A stretch of DNA of 64,000 nt from Thermodesulfobacteriota bacterium. Lineage in GTDB: Bacteria > Desulfobacterota_D > UBA1144 > Nemesobacterales > Nemesobacteraceae. A model generated the notes under the pieces. The model did not search any database. It was not told the origin of the DNA and was given only the letters and a program-made list of their open reading frames with translations. Shown here piece by piece: positions 29,433 through 40,500 of the stretch. Positions within the stretch are counted from its first letter, which is position 1; each line of letters starts with the position of its first letter. Location: assembly GCA_965202785.1 (NCBI GenBank), contig OZ241855.1:1472001-1536000 (forward strand). Direction: 5' to 3'. Made by a program: the position numbers and the translations under genes.

Positions 29433-31746
29433 AGGTCTTGTATTTTACTTGGCTGTCTTTCTTGTCATGGTTACGTTCTCAACCGCGGATTCCATGGCTC
29501 AGAACCCTCCTGCCGGAGAAGAACTTGAGAAGAATCAGTCCTTCAAGGGCACAGTCGCCGAAGTGGTAATTTCTGGCAACAGGAGAACCGAAACCTCCCT
29601 TATAGATCTCAATATAGAGACCAAGCAGGGCGATGAATATTCCCCGCAGACCGTAAAAGAGGATCTCAAAAGGATATACGAGCTTGATTTCTTCCAGCAG
29701 GTTCTTGTTGACGTTAAAACAATTGAAGGTGGTCTCAGCGTTGAATTTATCGTCGAAGAGAACCCGGTGCTCGCGGACCTTAAGCTTTCAGGAAACGACA
29801 AGCTGAAGGAAGATGACATAAAGGAAGCTCTGGCATTTAGAGAAGGACGCATCGTAAGCCTGAGGAAAATAACGGAAGGCAGGGAGATAATACTTGCCCT
29901 TGCTTCCGAGAAAGGCTTGGTTGGAACTGATGTCGAATATGAGATCGAGCCCAGGGGAGATGGAGTCGTTGATGTTGTTTACCGGATTGACGAGGGAGAA
30001 AGAAAGTACATAAAAGAAGTCGAGCTTATCGGAAACAGCAAGGTCGAGACGAAGAAAATCAGAAAAAACATGTATTCAAAGCCCAAATATCTTCTCTCTT
30101 TTATAACGAAGAGGGGGCTTTTCAAAATTGAAGAGATAGAGAGGGATTCCGACAGAATAAAAGCGGTTTACATCGACAATGGATACCTTGACATAAAGGT
30201 CTCTGAACCCGGAATTCGTTACAATGAAGAAAAAGACGGTTATGTGGTGAGTTTCTCAATAGAAGAGGGGCTTCAGTACAAGGTATCCAGGATAACTTTC
30301 TCCGGGGAGCTGGCCGGAGATCAGGATGAAATCCGCCCGAAACTCGAACTCTTGCCGGACTCTGTTTTCAGCAGTTTCGTTCTTCAGTCCGACATCGGGA
30401 AAGTAACCGATTTCTACGGGGACAAGGGATATGCTTTTGCTAACGTAACTCCTGATGTGCGGCTTGATAAGGCAAACAACCTTGTCAGCGTCGATTACTC
30501 GATTGAAAAAGGCAAGGAAGTATACATAAGAAACATAAATATTCTGGATAACACCAGGACTAGAGATCATGTCGTAAGAAGGGAACTTTCACTTCAAGAA
30601 CAAAGCCTGTACAGCGTTTCCAAGCTAAGGGCTGCCCGCTACGAGGCTGCTCGCCTCGGCTACTTTGAGGACAACGTCGAGGTGCTGACCCACAGGGTTG
30701 AGGGAACAGAGGATCTTCTGGACGTCGATGTAAAGGTCGAAGAACGTCCCACCGGATTTTTCAGCTTCGGCGGGGGAGTAAGTTCCGTTGAGAATTTCCT
30801 TTTCTCTGGCCAGATACAGGAATCCAATCTTTTCGGATACGGCAAAACCCTTTCTCTGGACGCCCAGATCGGAGGCGTAACCAAGGCATTGAGTCTTAAC
30901 TACCGGGATCCGTATTTCTTTGGTACCAACTGGCTCTTCGATGTCAGTCTGTATGCTCATGACAGGGATTACAGGGATTTTGAGAGATCAGCCCAAGGTA
31001 TTTCTCTGGGAGTGGGAAGAAGGATAAAGAGATATTTCCAGGTCCGGGTTTTCCAGGAATTCTCGAAACAGGACGTGCACAATGTCCGCGGAGACGCACA
31101 ATTAGTCCTGTCCGAAACGGAGAGAACTATAGTCTCGACCGGGTTAGGGCTGTCTTGGGATAAAAGGAACAATTATCTTGATCCCACAAAGGGTTTTCTT
31201 CTGAGTACGTCGGTTGAGTATGCCGGACTTTTTGCGGGCAACACCGATTTTATAAAGTACAACGCCACGGCCAAATCTTGGATTCCGTTCTGGAAAAGCA
31301 CATATTTCGCCGCAAGGGCAAATTATGGGCTCTTGCATCTTATAGATGCCGGCGATGATCTCGTCGTGGAGGAGAGGTTCTTTCTCGGCGGTCCGAACAC
31401 GCTGAGAGGCTTCCGTTACAGGAGGGTGGGTCCCAGAAGACCTACGGACACGGGGGGTTATGTAATAATTGGTGGCGTTCAGCAGATTCTGGCATCACTT
31501 GACTTTGTTGTTCCATTAAGCAAAACTGTCGGGCTTAAGGCCGTAGCTTTTTTTGATATAGGTAATGCTTTTGACCAAGATGAGTTCAGCCTTAATCCTT
31601 CGAATCTTAGAAAGGATGCCGGTTTCGGTATTAGGTGGATATCTCCTCTGGGACCAATGAAGCTTGATATCGGATTCCCGATAGGCGAAAGGCTTCGTGA
31701 TGAGGCAAAGTATGAAGTACAGTTTACTATTGGCAATTTGTTCTGA
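29422..31746 (+). CDS. bamA: Outer membrane protein assembly factor BamA
   Basis: POTRA repeats, TRDHVVRREL, GGPNTLRGF, WISPLGP, C-terminal Phe. Confidence 0.95.
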   Translation: MQTKGLVFYLAVFLVMVTFSTADSMAQNPPAGEELEKNQSFKGTVAEVVISGNRRTETSLIDLNIETKQGDEYSPQTVKEDLKRIYELDFFQQVLVDVKTIEGGLSVEFIVEENPVLADLKLSGNDKLKEDDIKEALAFREGRIVSLRKITEGREIILALASEKGLVGTDVEYEIEPRGDGVVDVVYRIDEGERKYIKEVELIGNSKVETKKIRKNMYSKPKYLLSFITKRGLFKIEEIERDSDRIKAVYIDNGYLDIKVSEPGIRYNEEKDGYVVSFSIEEGLQYKVSRITFSGELAGDQDEIRPKLELLPDSVFSSFVLQSDIGKVTDFYGDKGYAFANVTPDVRLDKANNLVSVDYSIEKGKEVYIRNINILDNTRTRDHVVRRELSLQEQSLYSVSKLRAARYEAARLGYFEDNVEVLTHRVEGTEDLLDVDVKVEERPTGFFSFGGGVSSVENFLFSGQIQESNLFGYGKTLSLDAQIGGVTKALSLNYRDPYFFGTNWLFDVSLYAHDRDYRDFERSAQGISLGVGRRIKRYFQVRVFQEFSKQDVHNVRGDAQLVLSETERTIVSTGLGLSWDKRNNYLDPTKGFLLSTSVEYAGLFAGNTDFIKYNATAKSWIPFWKSTYFAARANYGLLHLIDAGDDLVVEERFFLGGPNTLRGFRYRRVGPRRPTDTGGYVIIGGVQQILASLDFVVPLSKTVGLKAVAFFDIGNAFDQDEFSLNPSNLRKDAGFGIRWISPLGPMKLDIGFPIGERLRDEAKYEVQFTIGNLF

Positions 31747-31781
31747 TCAGGCAATTTATTTTTAAGGAGGCATTGGGTTAA

Positions 31782-32291
31782 ATGAAAAGATGTTTGTTGC
31801 TTGCTACTGGATTTTTCATGTTATTCACGTTTTCTGCTTACGCTCAGCAGAAAATAGCCTACATAGATATTAAGCAGGTTATCAGGGATTCAAAGGCCGG
31901 AAAGGCCGCCAATGTTTCGTTCCAGAAGGAAGTTGAAGCCAAGAGGGCCGTAATAGAGCAGAAGAGAAAGGCTCTTGAGGACATGAGACAGGACGTCATA
32001 CAAAACGGAGCAGTGATGAGCGAAAGCAAAAGAAGAAACCTTGCTGAGACCATAGAGAAAAAGCAGAAGGACCTGGACAGGACGAGAGAAGACATCAGAA
32101 TTGAACTTCAGAGGAAGGATCTCGAGTTGACCCAGAATGTCCTTAAGGACATAGAAACCATAGTTAACAAAATAGGCCAGGAGGAAAAATTTGACCTTAT
32201 CGTCGAAAAAACCGAAGCAGGCATTCTCTACGGCAGCTCAGCTACAGACATAACCAATAAAGTCATATCGGTTTACGATGCTTCCAGATAA
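31782..32291 (+). CDS. skp: Periplasmic chaperone Skp/OmpH
   Basis: Signal peptide, KIAYID, coiled coil, DITNKVI; downstream of bamA. Confidence 0.92.
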   Translation: MKRCLLLATGFFMLFTFSAYAQQKIAYIDIKQVIRDSKAGKAANVSFQKEVEAKRAVIEQKRKALEDMRQDVIQNGAVMSESKRRNLAETIEKKQKDLDRTREDIRIELQRKDLELTQNVLKDIETIVNKIGQEEKFDLIVEKTEAGILYGSSATDITNKVISVYDASR

Positions 32292-32732
32292 ATGAAGTTG
32301 GGCGTGGATGAAATAAAGGAACTTATTCCTCACAGAGAGCCTTTTCTGTTTGTTGACTCTGTTCTGGAAATCGAAAAGGGCAGAAAGATTGCCGCCGAGA
32401 AGTTGTTTTCTCCCGAAGAATTTTTTTTCAGGGGACATTTCCCCGGCAACCCTATAGTTCCAGGAGTGATAATTACCGAAGCGCTGGCTCAGGCCGGAGG
32501 AGTGCTTTTCAACTATTCTTTTAAGGATGAACTGAAAAAAGAAGGTTTCGAAAACGCCTATCTTATGAGCCTTGACCGTTGCCGGTTCAGAGCGCCGGTG
32601 GTTCCGGGTGACAAGGTAGTTCTTGAGGTGGAACTCGTTAGAAGAAGATCGAGAATAATATTTTTTTCCGCAGAAGCTTCCGTGGATGGGAAAAAAGTGG
32701 CGGAGGCGGAAATTTCCGCTTACCTAGTATGA
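32292..32732 (+). CDS. fabZ: 3-hydroxyacyl-ACP dehydratase
   Basis: IPHREPFLFVD, GHFPGNPIVPGVIITEALAQ. Confidence 0.94.
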   Translation: MKLGVDEIKELIPHREPFLFVDSVLEIEKGRKIAAEKLFSPEEFFFRGHFPGNPIVPGVIITEALAQAGGVLFNYSFKDELKKEGFENAYLMSLDRCRFRAPVVPGDKVVLEVELVRRRSRIIFFSAEASVDGKKVAEAEISAYLV

Positions 32733-32800
32733 TTTCCGGTCTGCTTTTCTCACCCTGGGGATTCCCGTCACTTTTTAATTATCTTTTCACTTGTTGATTA

Positions 32801-32828
32801 TTGACATTTCCGTTTATAGCAATATTAT
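32801..32828 (+). promoter_or_regulatory. Sigma70 promoter of the tRNA-tuf operon
   Basis: TTGACA-N16-TATTAT preceded by AT-rich sequence. Confidence 0.7.
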
Positions 32829-32910
32829 ACATTGTTTACTGTAAAAAGGGTTGTTTTACCCAATTCCAAGTTGGTCAGACAAGTGAATCTAGAATTCATA
32901 AAAATAAAAA

Positions 32911-32982
32911 GCTGGCGTAGCTCAGGGGTAGAGCAGCTGATTTGTAATCAGCCGGTCGGGGGTTCGAATCCCTTCGCCAGCT
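32911..32982 (+). tRNA. tRNA-Thr(TGT)
   Basis: Acceptor GCTGGCG/CGCCAGC, anticodon arm GCTGA-TTTGTAA-TCAGC, GTTCGAATC; CCA not encoded. Confidence 0.96.
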
Positions 32983-33002
32983 CTCTGTTTGATGAATATG
33001 CA

Positions 33003-33085
33003 GGGGAGGTGGCTGAGTGGACAAAAGCAGCAGACTGTAAATCTGCCGGCGAAAGCCTACGTAGGTTCGAATCCTGCCCTCCCCA
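33003..33085 (+). tRNA. tRNA-Tyr(GTA)
   Basis: Acceptor GGGGAGG/CCTCCCC, GCAGA-CTGTAAA-TCTGC, long variable arm; CCA not encoded. Confidence 0.96.
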
Positions 33086-33095
33086 AAAATTTCGC

Positions 33096-33169
33096 GCGGG
33101 AGTAGCTCAGTTGGCTAGAGCATCAGCCTTCCAAGCTGAGGGTCGCGGGTTCGAGCCCCGTCTCCCGCT
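33096..33169 (+). tRNA. tRNA-Gly(TCC)
   Basis: Acceptor GCGGGAG/CTCCCGC, TCAGC-CTTCCAA-GCTGA. Confidence 0.96.
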
Positions 33170-33182
33170 CGTTTTTAGGGAC

Positions 33183-33255
33183 GCCCACGTAGCTCAGTCG
33201 GTAGAGCACGTCCTTGGTAAGGACGAGGTCGGCGGTTCAAGTCCGCTCGTGGGCT
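33183..33255 (+). tRNA. tRNA-Thr(GGT)
   Basis: Acceptor GCCCACG/CGTGGGC, CGTCC-TTGGTAA-GGACG. Confidence 0.96.
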
Positions 33256-33306
33256 TGATGCTTAGCGGTTTGCAGAATATTACAAAAGATCGGAGGTCAA
33301 CAAGCG

Positions 33307-34491
33307 ATGTCAAAGGAGAGATTTGAGAGGGGGAAGCCTCATTTAAACATAGGGACGATAGGGCATGTGGATCATGGGAAGACTACGTTAACTGCGGCGA
33401 TAACGAGCATATTGTCGAAGCGAGGTCAGGCGGAGTACGTTGAGTTTGACAACATAGACAAGGCGCCAGAAGAGAGGGAGAGGGGGATAACGATAAACAT
33501 AGCGCACGTGGAGTATGAGACGGACATAAGGCATTACGCTCACGTTGACTGTCCCGGGCACGCCGACTACGTGAAGAACATGATAACGGGTGCGGCGCAG
33601 ATGGACGGAGCCGTGTTGGTGGTGAGCGCGCCTGACGGGCCGATGCCTCAGACAAGGGAGCACATACTGCTTGCGAGGCAGGTAGGGGTGCCGTACATAG
33701 TGGTAGCGCTTAACAAGGTGGACATGCTTGATGACGAGGAGTTGCTGGAGCTGGTGGAGCTTGAGATAAGGGAGTTGCTTAGCGAGTACGGGTTTCCCGG
33801 GGACGACATACCGATTGTGAAGGTAAGCGCGCTTAAGGCGATAGAAGGGGACGAGGGGGCAGCGGAGCAGGTAGTGGAGTTAATGGACCAGATAGACAGT
33901 TATGTGCCTGAGCCGGAGAGGGACATGGACAAGCCGTTTTTGATGGCGATAGAGGACGTGTTCACGATATCTGGAAGGGGCACGGTGGTAACAGGGAGAG
34001 TGGAGAGGGGAAGGATAGTGGCGGGGAACGAGATAGAGATAGTAGGGTTTAAGGATACGACGAAGACCGTAGCCACGAGTTTGGAGATGTTCCGCAAGAT
34101 ACTTGACGATGCGCAGGCGGGGGACAACGTGGGAGTATTGCTCAGGGGAATAGGGAAGGAAGAGGTGGAGAGGGGGCAGGTGTTGAGTGCTCCTGGGAGC
34201 ATAAAGCCACACAGGAAGTTCAAGGCGGAGGTGTATGTGTTAAAGAAGGAGGAGGGGGGAAGGCACACGCCGTTTTTCCCTGGGTACCGGCCGCAGTTTT
34301 ATTTAAGGACGACAGATGTGACTGGGGCGGTGATATTGCCAGAGGGGGTGGAGATGGTGATGCCTGGGGACAATGTGAGCATGGACGTTGAGTTGATAGC
34401 GCCTGTGGCTATGGAGGAGCAGTTGCGTTTTGCGATAAGAGAGGGTGGAAGAACAGTTGGGGCAGGTGTAGTAACCGAAATCATTGAGTGA
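33307..34491 (+). CDS. tuf: Elongation factor Tu
   Basis: [30 protein letters not shown]; follows the Thr-Tyr-Gly-Thr tRNA cluster. Confidence 0.99.
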   Translation: MSKERFERGKPHLNIGTIGHVDHGKTTLTAAITSILSKRGQAEYVEFDNIDKAPEERERGITINIAHVEYETDIRHYAHVDCPGHADYVKNMITGAAQMDGAVLVVSAPDGPMPQTREHILLARQVGVPYIVVALNKVDMLDDEELLELVELEIRELLSEYGFPGDDIPIVKVSALKAIEGDEGAAEQVVELMDQIDSYVPEPERDMDKPFLMAIEDVFTISGRGTVVTGRVERGRIVAGNEIEIVGFKDTTKTVATSLEMFRKILDDAQAGDNVGVLLRGIGKEEVERGQVLSAPGSIKPHRKFKAEVYVLKKEEGGRHTPFFPGYRPQFYLRTTDVTGAVILPEGVEMVMPGDNVSMDVELIAPVAMEEQLRFAIREGGRTVGAGVVTEIIE

Positions 34492-34508
34492 TGAGTAGTA
34501 GACTCTAC

Positions 34509-34581
34509 AGGGCAGTAGCTCAATTGGTAGAGCAGCGGTCTCCAAAACCGCAGGTTGGGGGTTCGAGACCCTCCTGCCCTG
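34509..34581 (+). tRNA. tRNA-Trp(CCA)
   Basis: Acceptor AGGGCAG/CTGCCCT, GCGGT-CTCCAAA-ACCGC. Confidence 0.96.
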
Positions 34582-34596
34582 CAGAAAAGCCAAGTC

Positions 34597-34800
34597 ATGG
34601 AAAAATTTGACAGGATCAAAGTTGATACGACCAAGTATCTCAGTGGTGTTGCTACAGAACTGAAAAGAATAACCTGGCCCGAGCGTAAAGATACGGTTAA
34701 ATCAACCTTAGTGGTTGTTATTATTACCGCGTTTTTTGCACTCTTTTTTATGCTGGCCGATTACGTGTTCTCTTTTCTGTTTGGTCTTATACTGAGTTAA
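34597..34800 (+). CDS. secE: Preprotein translocase subunit SecE
   Basis: ELKRITWP..K, single TM; between tRNA-Trp and nusG. Confidence 0.93.
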   Translation: MEKFDRIKVDTTKYLSGVATELKRITWPERKDTVKSTLVVVIITAFFALFFMLADYVFSFLFGLILS

Positions 34801-34825
34801 AGAGCGAATCGGGAGCAGTTTTCGG

Positions 34826-35386
34826 ATGCCAAGCAAGTGGTATATAGTGCACGTAAATACCGGTTTTGAGGAAAGGGTTAAAACCCAGATAGAAAACGGG
34901 ATAGAAAGCATGAAGAATGAAAACCTTGCCATTGATGAGGTTTTTATTCCTACTGAGACGGTGGTTGAAACCCAGAAAGGCGGGAGGAAGAGAACATCTA
35001 TTAGGAAATTCTTTCCCGGATATATAATGCTTAAAATGGATCTTAACAAGGAAACCTTGGATTTTGTACGGGAGATACCGAAAGTCATAAGTTTCGTGGG
35101 AGGCCGCCCGGTTGATGGAAAGATAAATATTGATTCCATTCCCGAAGTTGACGAAGAAAAAGTTAATGAGATAAAAACAAGGGCAAAAGAGGGCACGCTC
35201 AAGCCCAAGCCGAGTGTCGCTTTTGAAAAAGGAGAAGCAGTAAGGGTTATAGAGGGTCCTTTTGCTAATTTCTCTGGAATTATAGAAGATGTAAAACCCG
35301 AGAAAGCCAGGGTGCAGGTGCTGGTCAGCATTTTCGGCAGAACCACGCCCATAGAGCTTGATTTTAGTCAGGTGGAGAAAATCTAG
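34826..35386 (+). CDS. nusG: Transcription factor NusG
   Basis: KWYIVH, FFPGYI, GPFANFSG, VSIFGRTTPIEL. Confidence 0.97.
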   Translation: MPSKWYIVHVNTGFEERVKTQIENGIESMKNENLAIDEVFIPTETVVETQKGGRKRTSIRKFFPGYIMLKMDLNKETLDFVREIPKVISFVGGRPVDGKINIDSIPEVDEEKVNEIKTRAKEGTLKPKPSVAFEKGEAVRVIEGPFANFSGIIEDVKPEKARVQVLVSIFGRTTPIELDFSQVEKI

Positions 35387-35806
35387 ATGAAGAAAATAAG
35401 CGGTTACATAAAGTTGCTGATTGAGGCTGGAAAGGCATCCCCTTCGCCTCCGGTAGGTCCCGCGCTCGGACAAAGAGGCGTGAACATAATGGAATTCTGC
35501 AAGGCTTTTAATGCCCAGACATCTTCTTCCGAAGGGCTTCTTCCGGTTACGGTGACCGTTTACGCGGACAGGTCTTTTGATCTTCAGATAAAAACTCCTC
35601 CTACTTCTTACCTGCTGAAAAAAGCTGCGGGCGTGGAGAAAGGTTCAGGGACCACTCCGAGAACCAAGGCCGGCAAAATTACGGAGGAACAAGCAAGGGA
35701 GATAGCGCAGAGAAAGCTTGAGGATCTCAATACTGATGAAATTGATGCGGCCTTGATGGTTGTGCGTGGTACAGCGAGAAGTATGGGAATCGATATAGAA
35801 GGATAA
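35387..35806 (+). CDS. rplK: 50S ribosomal protein L11
   Basis: [31 protein letters not shown]. Confidence 0.98.
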   Translation: MKKISGYIKLLIEAGKASPSPPVGPALGQRGVNIMEFCKAFNAQTSSSEGLLPVTVTVYADRSFDLQIKTPPTSYLLKKAAGVEKGSGTTPRTKAGKITEEQAREIAQRKLEDLNTDEIDAALMVVRGTARSMGIDIEG

Positions 35807-35822
35807 AGTTTGGAGAGACTTC

Positions 35823-36548
35823 ATGACCACCAGAGGAAAAAAATATATTGACGTAAGCGCCAAAGTAGATTCCTACAAAGAGTATACGGTTGATGAGGCC
35901 ATGGAACTTGTGGTGCAGACCCACTATGCGAAATTTGATGAAACGGTGGATATAGCCGTAAATCTCGGCATAGATCCCAGACATGCGAACCAGCAGATTC
36001 GTTCCGCGGTTGTGTTGCCTCACGGTCTCGGGAAAAAAATGACGGTCCTCGTGTTTGCAGCGGATGATAAGGCAGCCGAGGCAAAAGAAGCCGGGGCCGA
36101 CTATGTGGGTCTTGACGATATTGTGGAGAAAATTTCTAAGGAGAACTGGCTTGATTTTGACGTGGCTATAGCCACTCCTGACGTGATGTCAAAAGTTGGC
36201 AGACTGGGAAAAGTTCTGGGGCCAAGGGGACTGATGCCGAGTCCGAAGGTAGGTACTGTGACTTTGGACGTTGCTAACATGGTCAAGGAATCAAAGGCTG
36301 GTCGTGTTGAAGTCAGAAATGACAAAAGCGGAGTTATACACGCTCCTGTTGGAAAGGTCTCTTTTGGAAAACAGAACCTGAAAGAAAACTTCCTCGCCTT
36401 TATGAGTTTTCTGATCAAAGAGAAACCTGCCGCTTCTAAAGGTGTTTTTCTGAAGAGAGTTTCGGTGTCGTCGACCATGGGTCCCGGTATCGGAATGAGT
36501 GTGCCGGATATCAGGAACGAACTTAAAAGTATGGGAATTGCGGCGTGA
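35823..36548 (+). CDS. rplA: 50S ribosomal protein L1
   Basis: [25 protein letters not shown]. Confidence 0.98.
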   Translation: MTTRGKKYIDVSAKVDSYKEYTVDEAMELVVQTHYAKFDETVDIAVNLGIDPRHANQQIRSAVVLPHGLGKKMTVLVFAADDKAAEAKEAGADYVGLDDIVEKISKENWLDFDVAIATPDVMSKVGRLGKVLGPRGLMPSPKVGTVTLDVANMVKESKAGRVEVRNDKSGVIHAPVGKVSFGKQNLKENFLAFMSFLIKEKPAASKGVFLKRVSVSSTMGPGIGMSVPDIRNELKSMGIAA

Positions 36549-36584
36549 ACGTAACGCAAAACTAGATACGAGAAGAGAGAGACT

Positions 36585-37106
36585 ATGCTCAGTAAAGCCG
36601 AAAAGCAAAAAGTAATTGATGACTTGGTATCCAGATTCCATTCCGTTTCCTCGGTGTTTGTTGTTGAATACCAGGGACTTAAGGTGAAGGAGATGGATGT
36701 CCTGAGGAAAAAACTCAGGCAGACCAATACGGAGTTCAGAGTTGTAAAGAACACCCTTCTGGAGAAAGCTTCACTAGGAACGGACATAGAAAAAATGAAA
36801 GATCTTTTTTCGGGTCCCACAGCGATTGCTATTTGTGATGGGGAATCTTCCGCGGCAGCGAAAGTTTTTATTGATTACAGCGAGGATTTTCCGGAAATCA
36901 GGGTGAAGGGCGGCATATTCGAAGGAGAAGTAGTCGATGTATCCAGAATAGAGCAAATAGCAAAGCTTCCGTCAAGACAGGAGCTTATCTCCGAGTTCGT
37001 AGGCCTGCTTAGTGCTCCGATGGGCAACCTTGTGGGAGTCTTGGAGCAGGCACGCTCAAATATTGTCAATGTGTTAGAAGGTTTAAAAGAAAATAAAACT
37101 GAATAA
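36585..37106 (+). CDS. rplJ: 50S ribosomal protein L10
   Basis: EYQGLKV, VVKNTL, GPTAIA, KLPSRQEL. Confidence 0.96.
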   Translation: MLSKAEKQKVIDDLVSRFHSVSSVFVVEYQGLKVKEMDVLRKKLRQTNTEFRVVKNTLLEKASLGTDIEKMKDLFSGPTAIAICDGESSAAAKVFIDYSEDFPEIRVKGGIFEGEVVDVSRIEQIAKLPSRQELISEFVGLLSAPMGNLVGVLEQARSNIVNVLEGLKENKTE

Positions 37107-37142
37107 AAAGCTGTAGAACTGTTTTATCAAGGAGGAATAAAA

Positions 37143-37526
37143 ATGCCCGATATTAGTAGAACAGACGTTATCACCTATCTTGAACAAGCCAGTATGCTTG
37201 AGATCTCCGAACTGATAGAGGAAATAAAGGAAAAGTTCGGTGTTCAGGCCGCTGCGCCGCAAGTCGCTGTAGCCGCCACTGCCGGTGCCGAAGCCGCTCC
37301 TGCGGCCGAAGAGAAGACTGAGTTTAATGTAATTCTCAGTTCTTTCGGAGACAAGAAAATACAGGTCATAAAGGCGGTAAGGGAAATTGCGGGTCTTGGG
37401 CTCAAGGAATCCAAGGAACTTGTTGAGGGGGCTCCCAAACCTGTGAAAGAGGGAGTTAACAAGGATGAGGCCGAAGATATCAAGAAGAAGCTTGAAGACG
37501 CCGGGGCAACCGTTGAAGTTAACTGA
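37143..37526 (+). CDS. rplL: 50S ribosomal protein L7/L12
   Basis: [27 protein letters not shown]. Confidence 0.98.
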   Translation: MPDISRTDVITYLEQASMLEISELIEEIKEKFGVQAAAPQVAVAATAGAEAAPAAEEKTEFNVILSSFGDKKIQVIKAVREIAGLGLKESKELVEGAPKPVKEGVNKDEAEDIKKKLEDAGATVEVN

Positions 37527-37579
37527 CCACAATTTTCTTCGGTTATTTTCACTTAAATTAAAAAACGAGGGGGTGCGCG

Positions 37580-40500
37580 TTGAGCATAGAGAATATAGAG
37601 TCTCAGGAATTAAGGAAAGATTTTTCGAAGATCCCCCAGGTTCTGGATATCCCCCACCTGCTTGATGTACAGATAAAATCGTACGAAGATTTTCTGCAGG
37701 CCGATATTCCTCCGGATGAGCGTTCGGACACCGGCCTTCACGGAGCCTTCAAGGCTGTTTTTCCTCTTGAGGACTATAATGGCAAGGCTTCTTTGGAATA
37801 TCTCAGCTACAGGCTGGACGAACCCAAGTATGATTTTGCCGAGTGCAGACTTAAGGGCTATACCTACACTGCTCCTCTTTATGTAACTTTCCGTCTTATA
37901 ATTTGGGACATTCCTGAGGGTGAAAAAGGACAGAAAGATACTGAAAGACAGTTCCGCGACATTAAAGAGCAAGAGATATACTTTGGGGAAGTACAGCTTA
38001 TGACCCCCAGCGGTTCTTTTATAGTAAACGGAACCGAAAGAGTAATAGTAAACCAGCTCCACAGATCTCCCGGGGTGTTTTTTGATCGGGACAAAAGCAA
38101 GAACCAGCTGTCCGGAAAGGAAGGATCTTTTATAGCGAGAATCGTTCCTCAAAACGGTCGCTGGCTTGATTTTGAATATGATCTGAAAGACATGCTCCAT
38201 GTGCGCATAGACAGGAAGAAAAAATTCCACGTCACCGTTCTTCTCAAGGCCATGGGTTATGATGAGCAGCAGATAATGGATTTCTTCTATCCCGTGGAGA
38301 CTTTCCATATAGAACCACAAGAACTTCGAAAAGAATTAACCGCTGAAGTTTTCAGTGTGGGGGCAGAGGGTTTTAAAAAGGAAACGACCACCGAGATAAT
38401 CTCCTATCAGAAGGTGACTGCTGACATAAACAATCCGGAGACGGGTGAACTTATAGGTAGAAAGGGAAGAAGGCTGAAAAATCTTCTTTCAGGATTTGAA
38501 GAAGCCGGCATGACTTCCATACCCGTTTCGGATGAAGAGATAATGGAAAAACCCTCGGCCGAAGTGGTTTCCGACCCCGAAACAGGGGAAGTAGTACTGG
38601 ATTTCAACGAGGAAATAACGGAAGAAAAACTCAATGAACTGCGCAGAGTCGGTAAAAAGACCCTCAGAGTCTACTATATAGACAAGACCCTGTTCGTGAG
38701 TTCTCTTCGGACCACGCTTCTTTCCGATAAGGTGGATTCATGTGAGGAGGCCATAACGGAGATATACAAGAAATTCAGGCCCACGGATCCTCCTTCCGAT
38801 GAAGTCGCGCGGACTTTCTTTGAAAACATGTTCTTCACCCAGGATGCATACAGACTCTCGAAAGTGGGCCGGATCAAGATCAACTACAAGCTCAAGCGCA
38901 AGGGTGTGAGCGATGATCATCTTACTTTGGACAGGGAGGATATCCTTCTGACCGTGAAATACCTGCTTGATTTGAAAGGTGGCAGGGGATCTACCGACGA
39001 CATAGACCATCTCGGCAACCGAAGAGTAAGGACCGTCGGGGAACTCATAGAGGACCGTTTTTATCACGGTCTTGAGAGGCTTGCCCGGTTCGTAAAGGAA
39101 AAAATGGGATACCAGACCATAGAGAACCTCATGCCTAATGAAGTACTCGTTCCGAAAACCGTTACATCGGTTCTCAAGGAGTTTTTCACCACGGGCCAGC
39201 TTTCCCAGTTCATGGATCAGACCAACCCTCTGTCGGAAATAACCCATAAAAGAAGGCTGAGCGCGCTTGGTCCAGGCGGTCTTACCAGAGAGAGAGCGGG
39301 GTTTGAGGTAAGGGATGTTCACTCTTCCCATTATGGGAGAATATGCCCTATAGAGACTCCGGAAGGTCCTAATATTGGACTTATATCCAGTTTGAGCACT
39401 TATGCGAAGGTAGATGAATCCGGATTTATCCGGACTCCTTACAGGAAAGTGAAGGACGGGCGCGTTACGCACGAAATAGTTTATATGAATGCGCTTATGG
39501 AAGAGGATTACATTGTAGCCCAGGCAAACGCCCCTCTTGAAGAGGACGGGTCTTTCAAACTGCCTTTTGTCTCTGCCAGGGGAAATGGCGAATTTATGAT
39601 GGTTGAGAGAGAGAAGGTTGAGTTTATGGACGTATCCCCTTCCCAGCTTGTGTCGGTTTCGGCTTCTCTTATTCCATTTCTTGAGCATGATGACGCGAAC
39701 AGGGCCCTTATGGGTTCTAACATGCAGCGCCAAGCCGTGCCGCTGATAAAGAGCTCCTCGCCGCTTGTGGGGACGGGTTTTGAAAGCAAGGTGGCCAAGG
39801 ACTCCGGGGTTACGGTTGTCGCACGCAGAGATGGCGTGGTGGAGTCCGTAGATGCGGTTAGGATTGTAGTTAAGTCTACGGAAAGAAGCCGCGAAGGCGG
39901 AGTGGATATCTACAACCTGATAAAATTCCATCGCTCAAACCAGAGTTCCTGCTGGAATCAGAATCCTATAGTTTGCCAAGGGCAGCGGGTGAAGAAAGGG
40001 CAGGTAATAGCGGACGGGTGTTCGACGGACCGTGGCGAACTCGCGCTCGGACAGAATATGGTTGTCGCTTTTATGCCATGGGGAGGATACAACTTTGAAG
40101 ACGCAATCTTGATATCCGAGCGGGTTGTAAAAGACGACGCATTTACTTCAATCCATATTGAGGAGTTTGAGTGTACGGCAAGAGAGACGAAGCTCGGGAG
40201 AGAAGATATAACCAGAGATATACCTAATGTCTCCGAGGAGTCACTGAGAAATCTGGATGAGAGCGGAATAATAATGATAGGTGCCGAGGTCGAGCCTGGA
40301 GACATACTGGTTGGAAAAATTTCTCCAAAAGCTGAAACTCAGCTTTCTCCGGAAGAGAGACTCTTAAGGGCGATTTTCGGAGATAAGGCCGGGGATGTCA
40401 AAGACTCATCCCTCAAGGTTTCTTCCGGGGTACACGGTACGGTGATAGATGTTGAAACTCTCGTGTCCCGCTCCGTAGATAAGGACGAAAGGAGTAAGGA

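Noticed and set aside
32832-33326. 164-aa ORF upstream of tuf
   Set aside because: Runs through four tRNA genes; spurious
38738-39931. 397-aa antisense ORF in rpoB (also 26524-27447 in lysS and other short antisense ORFs)
   Set aside because: Antisense shadows of conserved essential genes with no recognisable domains
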